From: Gemmatimonadota bacterium
GTDB lineage: Bacteria; JAAXHH01
NCBI GenBank assembly: GCA_009837395.1
Contig: VXTP01000015.1
Coordinates: 297,986 to 361,985, forward strand
Reading direction: 5' to 3'
DNA length: 64,000 nucleotides
The notes beneath the pieces were generated by a model. That model saw nothing but the letters and a program-made list of their open reading frames with translations. It had not been told where the DNA came from and searched no databases. The position numbers and the translations under genes were made by a program. This document shows positions 1-8,493 of the stretch, in pieces (within the stretch, counting starts at the first letter, position 1; each line of letters starts with the position of its first letter).

Positions 1-164
1 ACCCGGTAAATCCGGTCGGCCTGCTCGTGGTAGCGGTCGTAGCTCAGTTCGTGCCCGACATAGAGGAAGATCAGGATGGCACAGGCCAATCCGACCGCCA
101 GGCCCAGGACGTTGACCGTCGTATAGCCCCTGTGCCGGCTCAAGTGCCTTAGTGCGATGGTCAT
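1..164 (-). CDS. ABC transporter permease, FtsX/MacB-like (N-terminal fragment; the gene runs off the left window edge)
   Basis: My own minus-strand translation from ATG at 164 gives MTIALRHLSRHRGYTTVNVLGLAVGLACAILIFLYVGHELSYDRYHEQADRIYR. It has a basic N-terminus, a first TM helix, then a YD..H....IYR stretch, as in FtsX-family permeases. It is absent from the ORF track because fewer than 60 aa fall inside the window. Confidence 0.55.
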   Translation of the reverse strand, partial: MTIALRHLSRHRGYTTVNVLGLAVGLACAILIFLYVGHELSYDRYHEQADRIYR

Positions 165-182
165 GTCGCTGTTCAGCATGTG

Positions 183-1628
<1,446 letters not shown>

Positions 1629-2029
1629 CTCGCCCGCACTGTTCGGGTACGCGTGGGGTAGCAGGCTGTAGAGCAGGATCGCGAGCAGCGGACCCGCGAT
1701 CAGACCGATCCACTGGATGGTGGTTTTGAGGGTTTTGGGATTCGTCGATATGTGAGACCGCCTCCATGTGTAATTGGACTGGAACGACTAAGGAATCGAT
1801 GGAGAGGGCACACCGAAGGAACGGTCATGCCTGAACGGCATGCATGGGTTACTAAAGGAACGATCACGGAGATTAGTCAAGAAATATGACATGCTGGAAC
1901 GACCTGTCCACTCGATCAGGACCGCAAGCGATAATGCTTGCAGATAGGTCGTACTGGGACTAATTTAATACTTCTGTTTTTGGAAAATCAGAAAACCGGC
2001 CCCCATGGCCCAAACCTACCGGAGAACCC

Positions 2030-2425
2030 ATGAAAGACCAGATCGCACACTATGAGAACAAGCTGAAATACGAGACCGATTCCTATGACCTGTGGGAATC
2101 CATCACCCTGGGCAAGGACGTCGTCGTGGTGGACGCGCGGTCCGAGGAAGCCTACGCGGAACGCCATATCCCCGGCGCCGTCAATATACCTCACCGGACC
2201 ATGGATCCGGAAACCACCGGTCACCTGGACAAAAACACCATTTACGTGACCTATTGCGACGGCATCGGGTGCAATGCGTCGACCAAGGGCGCGCTCAACA
2301 TGGCCCGGCTGGGTTTCAACGTGAAGGAACTCATGGGCGGTCTGGACTGGTGGATGAGAGACGGCTACGAAACCGAAGGCCTGCAGGCGACCGAGGGTAA
2401 GGCACTGGTCTGCGGTTGCGGATAG
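2030..2425 (+). CDS. rhodanese-like sulfurtransferase domain protein
   Basis: 131 aa. Has a rhodanese fold signature (VVVDARSEEAYAERHIPGAVNIP) and an active-site Cys loop (YCDGIGCNAST). GGAGA RBS at 2021-2025. The C-terminus ends in VCGCG. Confidence 0.85.
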   Translation: MKDQIAHYENKLKYETDSYDLWESITLGKDVVVVDARSEEAYAERHIPGAVNIPHRTMDPETTGHLDKNTIYVTYCDGIGCNASTKGALNMARLGFNVKELMGGLDWWMRDGYETEGLQATEGKALVCGCG

Positions 2426-2430
2426 AAGCT

Positions 2431-2568
2431 CTAGTCCCGCCTCCCCATCCTCCGGAACAGCGCCCGGATATCCCCCAGGGCGCCCACGCTGACATAGACC
2501 GCCACAACCGCAAACAGCAGCAGGCAAAGCACAAAAACCACCGCCCAGAACGTGCTCCAGAATTCCAT
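2431..2568 (-). CDS. small hydrophobic protein (45 aa), translationally coupled to the SSS transporter
   Basis: My own translation gives MEFWSTFWAVVFVLCLLLFAVVAVYVSVGALGDIRALFRRMGRRD, one TM helix plus a basic tail. Its ATG overlaps the TGA of the upstream transporter gene (ATGA at 2565-2568). It is below the ORF-track length cut-off. Confidence 0.4.
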   Translation of the reverse strand: MEFWSTFWAVVFVLCLLLFAVVAVYVSVGALGDIRALFRRMGRRD

Positions 2569-4154
2569 CACGCCTTCTCCTTCCGTACCGGGCGGGCCGG
2601 ACGGGCCGGTCGCTCCACACGGCCCGAGCGCTCCTGACTCGCCAAGCGATCGGGAAACACCAGCGACCCAACGAACATGAGAACCAGGGCCAGCACGGTG
2701 ATGGCCAGTCCGATCTCGTCACTTTTATACATGCCCAGCCCCAGCGCCTGGTTCACGGGCCCCAGGCCCGCCACGGCGCCGATGCCGGCGGTGAGCGCAA
2801 GGTAGGCCCCCACGGTGCTCGCCCGCTTCCAGTACAGTCCGGCCAGCAGCAGCGTGAAGGCGCCGGTGAAGTAGATGGCGCCGCTCACGGCCATGTAGTC
2901 CCACAGGTCCTGCCCCAGGTCGTACCAGAGTCCCCATACGAGCAGAAAGAGGCCGATCACCAGGATGAAGATGCGCGACAGCGCCAGGCGCCACCGGGTG
3001 GTCAGGCGCTCGTTCGTGGCCGGCGCCACGACGTCGTGGGTCAGCACCGACGCCCAGCAGAGTAGATAACTGTCGTGGGTCGACATGAAGGCGGCGAGAA
3101 GCCCCGCGCCGACGAGTCCGATGATGCCGGTGGGCAGGATCTGCGAGAGAAAGAGGGGCATGGCCTGAAGCGTCATCGTGGGATCGGCGGTGGGCGACCC
3201 GGTTTCATCGAAGAAGAACCCGCGGAACTCGGGGTTGTTGAAGAAAAACGTGAGTGCGCAGATGCCGAGGAACTGGGGGATCATGAACCGGATCAAGAAG
3301 CCGATGGAAGACCACCGGTACAGCCTGCGGACCACTTCCACGCTTTCGGCGGCGCAGGCGCGCATGACCGAGGTCTGCCACACGGCGCAGGATACGAGGC
3401 CCGCCGTGAAGATCATCCACATGATGTAGGAGGGTCCGAAGCCGCTGCCTTCGAGCAGGGGGTTGAAGCCGGACTCGCCGTGGACGGACGCCACGGTTTC
3501 GACGATGGTCGGCCAGCCGAGGGCGTACACCGCCATGCCGCAGGTGAGGATCATGCCGAAGGAGAGGACGACGAACTGGATGTAGTCGGTGATCACCACC
3601 GAGACCATGCCGCCCATGATGGTGTAGGCGATGACCAGCGCGAGCATGACGGTCATGACCACGGCGACGGCGTTGGGATCGGTGAGTCCCGTCAGGCCCG
3701 TCACGAACAGGGCGCCCGCCTTGAGGAACAGGCCCATGTTCAGGATGCCCGCGAAGGCGAGGAGCAGGCCCCCGAAGATCCGCACGCCCCGGCTGAACCG
3801 TTTCTCGTAGAACTCGGGAATCGTCATCACGCCGAGGCGGCGCAGGGGTACGACGATGAAACCTGTCATGCCCACGATGAAGGTGACCACACCGGCGATC
3901 ACCGCGATGTGGAAGGCCGCGAACCCGCCCGTGAACCCCTTCTGGGCCGAGTACATGACCGTCACCAACCCGAGCTCGCTCCCGATCATGGTCGCCACGG
4001 CCAGGCGCGACTTGAGCGACCGGCCCGCCACGATGTAGTCCCCCATGTCCCGGATGTACCGGTTCATGTACAGGCCCACGCCTACGGTGGCCGCCATGTA
4101 AACGGCGACGATCAGCCAGTCCAGGATACCGAAATTCGTGGGGAGAGACGGCAT
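2568..4154 (-). CDS. sodium:solute symporter (SSS/SSF) family transporter
   Basis: 528-aa polytopic ORF of about 13 TM helices. The N-terminal region (DWLIVAVYMAATVGVGLY..GDYIVAGRSL..VATMIGSELG) is typical of the SSF family. Confidence 0.9.
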   Translation of the reverse strand: MPSLPTNFGILDWLIVAVYMAATVGVGLYMNRYIRDMGDYIVAGRSLKSRLAVATMIGSELGLVTVMYSAQKGFTGGFAAFHIAVIAGVVTFIVGMTGFIVVPLRRLGVMTIPEFYEKRFSRGVRIFGGLLLAFAGILNMGLFLKAGALFVTGLTGLTDPNAVAVVMTVMLALVIAYTIMGGMVSVVITDYIQFVVLSFGMILTCGMAVYALGWPTIVETVASVHGESGFNPLLEGSGFGPSYIMWMIFTAGLVSCAVWQTSVMRACAAESVEVVRRLYRWSSIGFLIRFMIPQFLGICALTFFFNNPEFRGFFFDETGSPTADPTMTLQAMPLFLSQILPTGIIGLVGAGLLAAFMSTHDSYLLCWASVLTHDVVAPATNERLTTRWRLALSRIFILVIGLFLLVWGLWYDLGQDLWDYMAVSGAIYFTGAFTLLLAGLYWKRASTVGAYLALTAGIGAVAGLGPVNQALGLGMYKSDEIGLAITVLALVLMFVGSLVFPDRLASQERSGRVERPARPARPVRKEKA

Positions 4155-5519
4155 TTATTGGGCGATGTGCCTGGCCAGTACCGGCGCGAGACCGACGTAG
4201 TCCGGGGGCGTCAGGGCGAGCAGGCGAAGCTTGTCGTCGTCCGGCAGGTCCAGGTCGCGGATCAGGTCCTCCATAATCTCCTGCGTGATGACCTGTCCCC
4301 GGGTCAGCGCCTTCATCCGCTCGTAGGGGTTCTCGTGGCCGGCCTTGCGCATGACCATCTGCACCGCTTCCGCCAGCACCTCCCAGGCCCCGTCGAGGTC
4401 GGCGCTCACCGCGTCCCGGTCCACTTCCACGCGACCCATGCCCTGGATGGCCGAATGGATCGCCAGCAGCGAGTGGCCGATGGCCACGCCGACGTTCCGC
4501 AGGGCGGAGGAGTCGCTCAGGTCGCGCTGCTGCCGCGAGATCTGCAGCTTTCCGGCCAGGTGTTCGAGCAGCGCGTTGCTGACGCCCACGTTGGCCTCGG
4601 AATTCTCGAAATCGATGGGGTTAACCTTGTGGGGCATGACCGAGGAACCCGTCTCGGTCCCCACCACCTTCTGGCGAAAGTAGCCCAGGGAAATGTACGA
4701 CCACATGTCCCGGTCGAAATCGAGCAGCACGGTATTGAAGCGCATCAGCCGGTGGAAAAGCTCCGCCAGGTAGTCGTGGGGCTCGATCTGTATGGTGATC
4801 GGATTGAAGGTCAGTCCGAGGCGGTCCTCGACGAAGTGCCGGGCGACGGCCTCCCACGGCACATCGGGATACACCACAAGGTGGGCGTTGTAGTTGCCCA
4901 CCGCCCCGTTGAACTTGCCGAGGTATTCACTGCGGGAGACCTGGTCGAGCTGGCGCCGCCAGCGGGCGACGAACACGGCGAGTTCCTTGCCCACGGTGGT
5001 AGGTGTGGCGGATTGCCCGTGGGTGTGACTGAGCATCGGGATGTCCGCCGTTTCGCCGGCGAGGTCGGCCGCGGCGGAGATCAGGTCCTGACTCCCAGGC
5101 AGCCACTCCTGCTGGATCCCGTCCCTGAGCATGAGGGCGTAGGCAAGGTTGTTGATGTCTTCGGAAGTACAGCAGAAATGGACCGATTCGGTGACGTCCT
5201 CCACGGAGGTCCCGGCAATGGCTTCCCGTACGTAGTACTCCACCGCCTTGACGTCATGTCGGGTCTCCCGCTCGATTTCCTTGATCCGCTCGGCCTGCGC
5301 GTCGGTGAAATCAAGGACCAGCGACCGCAGGAAACCGGTCTCTTCCTCGGAAAAGGCGCGCACGTGTTCGATCTCGGGCCGCTCCGCCATGGTGATCAGC
5401 CATTCGATCTCCACGTGCAGCCGGTACTTGATCAGCGCCCATTCGGAGAAATAGGAGGAAAGGCCCTGCAGCCGGTCGCCGTATCGGCCGTCCAGGGGAG
5501 ATAGTGATCGCAGAGACAT
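4155..5519 (-). CDS. purB: adenylosuccinate lyase
   Basis: 454 aa. Has the PurB N-terminus (LSPLDGRYG) and a fumarate-lyase signature region (GSSVMPHKVNP). The length matches the long (E. coli-type) PurB. Confidence 0.95.
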   Translation of the reverse strand: MSLRSLSPLDGRYGDRLQGLSSYFSEWALIKYRLHVEIEWLITMAERPEIEHVRAFSEEETGFLRSLVLDFTDAQAERIKEIERETRHDVKAVEYYVREAIAGTSVEDVTESVHFCCTSEDINNLAYALMLRDGIQQEWLPGSQDLISAAADLAGETADIPMLSHTHGQSATPTTVGKELAVFVARWRRQLDQVSRSEYLGKFNGAVGNYNAHLVVYPDVPWEAVARHFVEDRLGLTFNPITIQIEPHDYLAELFHRLMRFNTVLLDFDRDMWSYISLGYFRQKVVGTETGSSVMPHKVNPIDFENSEANVGVSNALLEHLAGKLQISRQQRDLSDSSALRNVGVAIGHSLLAIHSAIQGMGRVEVDRDAVSADLDGAWEVLAEAVQMVMRKAGHENPYERMKALTRGQVITQEIMEDLIRDLDLPDDDKLRLLALTPPDYVGLAPVLARHIAQ

Positions 5520-5787
5520 GAGTCGCCCCGAATCCGGAACCTGCCTGTTTTCGCGTTCCTGCGGTTTCAGTATACTTTACGACCACGGGAATCGGCAAGG
5601 TTCTTTATCCCAGCGGCAGTTGAAACCATCGTTTCGTGGACGTCGATCTGCTTGATTCGGTACGTACCGGTCTCTATATTCAGCCCACTTTATGACTCCG
5701 TACGTGTATACTTTGTGACACCGCGCGTGTACGCTGGGCACCACAAGTGCGCTGGGCTCAGCGCGTGTTCCCTGGAGCGTCTGATCC

Positions 5788-6927
5788 GTGACCCATTCAT
5801 CCTCCACATACGACGTCATCGTGATCGGCGTGGGCGGCATGGGCAGCGCCGCGGCCTGGCACCTTGCCCGGCGCGGCTACCGCGTGCTGGGCCTGGAGCA
5901 GTTCAACATACCGCACGACCTGGGTTCTTCCCACGGACAGACGCGCATCATCCGCCTGGCCTACTCCGAACACCCTTCCTACGTGCCGCTGCTACGGCGC
6001 GCCTATGCGTTGTGGCGGGATATCGAGGAAAGGGCGGGCGAACGGCTGCTGCATATCACGGGCGCCCTCGACGCGGGCCCCGCGGACGATTGGGTCTTCC
6101 AGGGCTCGAAGATTTCCTGCGAAGAGCACGGCCTTCCCCACGAGATCCTAACGGGCGCGGATGTGAACCGGCGGTTTCCGGGCTACCGGTTGCCGGAGGA
6201 CATCATGGCCGTGTTTCAGACGGACGGCGGCTATCTGTTGCCGGAACGGTGTATCGTCGCCCACGTGGAGGTGGCCCAGGAGGAAGGCGCCGAGATCCAC
6301 GGATGCGAACCGGTGCTGGACTGGACGTCCGACGGAAGCGGCATCACCGTTAAGACCGCAAAATCGACTTACACGGCCGGCCGGCTCGTCATCACCGCGG
6401 GCGCCTGGATCGGCAAGGTGGTGAAACCCCTGGATGGGCTGGTGCAACCGGAACGCCAGGTCCTGGGCTGGTTTCAGCCTAAGCGACTGGAGCTTTTCCA
6501 GGCTGACCGGTTCCCGGTGTTCAATCTCCAGGTGGCCGAGGGCCGGTACTACGGTCTTCCGGTGCATGGCGTGCCGGGGTTCAAGATCGGCCGGTACCAT
6601 CACCTGGACGAGCAGATCGACATGGACCGGATCGATCGGTCAGCCCATCCCCGCGACGAGGCCGTGCTCCGGACATTTGCCGAACGCTACTTCCCCGACG
6701 GGTCGGGCCCCACCACGAGCCTGCAGGTCTGCGTCTTCACCAACACTTCCGACGGCCACTTCATTCTGGACGCCCATCCGGAGTATGGAAACGTATTCGT
6801 CGCCTCCCCCTGCTCCGGCCACGGGTTCAAGTTCTGCAGTGTCATCGGAGAGGTCATGGCCGACCTGGCCATTACGGGGGAAACTTCGCACGACATCGCC
6901 CTGCACGGGCTGGCCCGGTTCGCGTAG
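5788..6927 (+). CDS. solA: FAD-dependent N-methyl-L-tryptophan oxidase / monomeric sarcosine oxidase-like
   Basis: 379 aa with a GTG start. Has the dinucleotide fold YDVIVIGVGGMGSAAA and the C-terminal SPCSGHGFKF motif, which holds the covalent-FAD cysteine in MSOX/MTOX enzymes. Confidence 0.8.
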   Translation: MTHSSSTYDVIVIGVGGMGSAAAWHLARRGYRVLGLEQFNIPHDLGSSHGQTRIIRLAYSEHPSYVPLLRRAYALWRDIEERAGERLLHITGALDAGPADDWVFQGSKISCEEHGLPHEILTGADVNRRFPGYRLPEDIMAVFQTDGGYLLPERCIVAHVEVAQEEGAEIHGCEPVLDWTSDGSGITVKTAKSTYTAGRLVITAGAWIGKVVKPLDGLVQPERQVLGWFQPKRLELFQADRFPVFNLQVAEGRYYGLPVHGVPGFKIGRYHHLDEQIDMDRIDRSAHPRDEAVLRTFAERYFPDGSGPTTSLQVCVFTNTSDGHFILDAHPEYGNVFVASPCSGHGFKFCSVIGEVMADLAITGETSHDIALHGLARFA

Positions 6928-6972
6928 GGCGTAGGTGCCTGTCCGCCCGGTTCGTGTAAGACGTTGGTGCCT
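6913..6972. repeat. tandem duplication (2 x 28 bp, period 32) of the solA 3-prime end including the stop codon
   Basis: The copies are gcccggttcgCgtaGgGcgtAggtgcct (6913-6940) and gcccggttcgTgtaAgAcgtTggtgcct (6945-6972), 24/28 identical. The stop is TAG in copy 1 and TAA in copy 2. Confidence 0.9.
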
Positions 6973-7037
6973 ACCCGCGCGGCTCGTAGTCCAGCCTGAC
7001 TGCGGCGCCTACCCGCGCGGCTCGTAGTCCAGCCTGA
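6969..7037. repeat. perfect 31-bp direct repeat (period 38) duplicating the thioesterase 3-prime end including the stop codon
   Basis: gcctacccgcgcggctcgtagtccagcctga occurs at 6969-6999 and again at 7007-7037, 31/31 identical. Confidence 0.95.
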
Positions 7038-7431
7038 GATAGGTGACCGTGGCGTGGGCGACCCGGGTTCCGGCGTCGTTGGTGATCACCACTTCGCCGT
7101 AAAGGACCTTGCGGCCGTTCTTGATGACCCGGGCCTCGGCGTTCAGGGCTTCTTCGCTGGCGGCATAGAGGTATGTGACCGTCAGGTTGGTGGTCACCGT
7201 GTCCCGCGTGATCCCGTTCAGCGTGGCGTGGGCCATGTACGCCATGGTATCAGCCAGGGAGGCCGTCACCCCGCCGTGCACGAGGTTGTAGGATTGGGCG
7301 AACCGGGGCTGATACGGCAACCGGCCGCGGCAGACTCCGTCCTCCACCTCGACGATCCGCAGTCCGAGATCATGGACGAAGGGCACGCCATCTATGAAGT
7401 CCTGTAGTTCGGCTACGGTTACCTTGGGCAT
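7009..7431 (-). CDS. PaaI/4HBT-family hotdog-fold thioesterase
   Basis: 140 aa. Has the motif NLVHGGVTASLADT and the length typical of PaaI-type thioesterases. Confidence 0.8.
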   Translation of the reverse strand: MPKVTVAELQDFIDGVPFVHDLGLRIVEVEDGVCRGRLPYQPRFAQSYNLVHGGVTASLADTMAYMAHATLNGITRDTVTTNLTVTYLYAASEEALNAEARVIKNGRKVLYGEVVITNDAGTRVAHATVTYLRLDYEPRG

Positions 7432-7561
7432 ATTCTAAGGTGGCCTGCTTAAGCTTCCTGCGGGATCGGGACGAGGTCGAAATTGCACGTCGGATGATAA
7501 CCAGAACGCCCTTGCCTGTCCATCACAATATGGATCGGCCGGATCGGGCGGTCCAGGTGGA

Positions 7562-8410
7562 TCAAATCTTCGGTGCGGCCCGGACCGCCCGGTTGAACCC
7601 TTCCTTGCTGTACGCGACACACCCGGCGCCGAGGGAAGCCGTCAGCGCGTCCACCAGGGCGTGATGAGCGCCGAGCCGGTACCATTCCCCGTAACCGAAC
7701 CGCTCGTACATCTCCCGCACCTGGAGTCGTTCGGTCCGCATGCCGCCCGATCCGTCCCCGTCGAAATACGTATCCACGACGACGGAGTGGCAGCGGTCCC
7801 GGAGCGTTTCCACGAAGGTATCCGGGTCGTTGGGCAGCATGGGACTGATCGTGACCCGGACCGGTAGCCCGGTTTCCATGGCGGCGTCGAGGGTCTTGAG
7901 CCGCGAGGCGACGGAGGGGGCATGGGGCGTGAGATTTCGTCTAACGGTCTCGTCGTGGGTTTCGAGCGTCAGGTTCAATTCGACCCCTTCGATGCGCTTC
8001 AGCACGTCGAAGTCCCGATGGACCATGGGGCTGCGGGTCTGCACGACCAGCCGGTCCGGATGCAGGCTGGCGAACACCTCCAGGCACTGGCGCGTGATCC
8101 GGTACTTCGACTCGGCGCCCTGGTAGGGGTCCGTGGCAGAACTCAGGAACACCCGTACCGGTTTGCCCCGCTTCTTCAGACGGGCCATCTCGGCCTCCAG
8201 CCGTTCGGGCGCGTTGATCTTGACGTCCACGTAGTCGCCCCAGGCCCCGCCGTGGTAGAGGTGGACGGGCAGGGCCTGCACGTAGCAGTAGGGGCACCGG
8301 TACACGCAGCCGACGTAGGGCTGCAGGGTGTGGGTATAGCCTTCCAGGAACCCGCCCGTGCGGGTCAGGATCGTCTTGCAGGTTATTTCGCGCACGTCTG
8401 TTGTGGCCAT
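7562..8410 (-). CDS. radical SAM protein (SplB/COG1533-like)
   Basis: Has a CxxxCxxC cluster motif (CVYRCPYC) close to the N-terminus. I trimmed the track ORF (7562..8563) to the ATG at 8410, because the upstream extension is R/G/P-rich and would overlap priA. Confidence 0.75.
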   Translation of the reverse strand: MATTDVREITCKTILTRTGGFLEGYTHTLQPYVGCVYRCPYCYVQALPVHLYHGGAWGDYVDVKINAPERLEAEMARLKKRGKPVRVFLSSATDPYQGAESKYRITRQCLEVFASLHPDRLVVQTRSPMVHRDFDVLKRIEGVELNLTLETHDETVRRNLTPHAPSVASRLKTLDAAMETGLPVRVTISPMLPNDPDTFVETLRDRCHSVVVDTYFDGDGSGGMRTERLQVREMYERFGYGEWYRLGAHHALVDALTASLGAGCVAYSKEGFNRAVRAAPKI

Positions 8411-8493
8411 TCGCTTCGACCTCCGGCGTCCGGGACTTCTCGATGTGCCGGGCCATCCCATTATGCCGGATCTTCCCGCCGGACCGGGTCCGA

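Noticed and set aside
3075-5504. An 809-aa plus-strand ORF, together with similar very long ORFs in the track: 8605-10914 (+), 18676-20061 (-), 20165-21475 (+), 30097-31656 (-), 33419-35113 (-), 34935-36518 (-), 40851-42488 (+), 48247-50433 (-) and 61721-63280 (+).
   Set aside because: Each lies antisense to a gene with clear family motifs (purB/SSS, priA, the APC permease, the NHS transporter, ccmF, rny, queG, the STAND protein, the aminotransferase and atpD). Their translations are Arg/Gly/Pro/His/Asp-rich with no recognisable motifs. These are typical shadow ORFs, caused by stop-codon depletion in high-GC DNA.
6913-7037. Direct repeats as att sites, MITE footprints or a CRISPR-like array. 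I also considered the repeat arrays at 23363-23420 and 33298-33353.
   Set aside because: The units are directly adjacent, or separated by only a few bases. There are no unique spacers of CRISPR size, no intervening element, no terminal inverted repeats, and no cas, integrase or transposase genes anywhere in the window.
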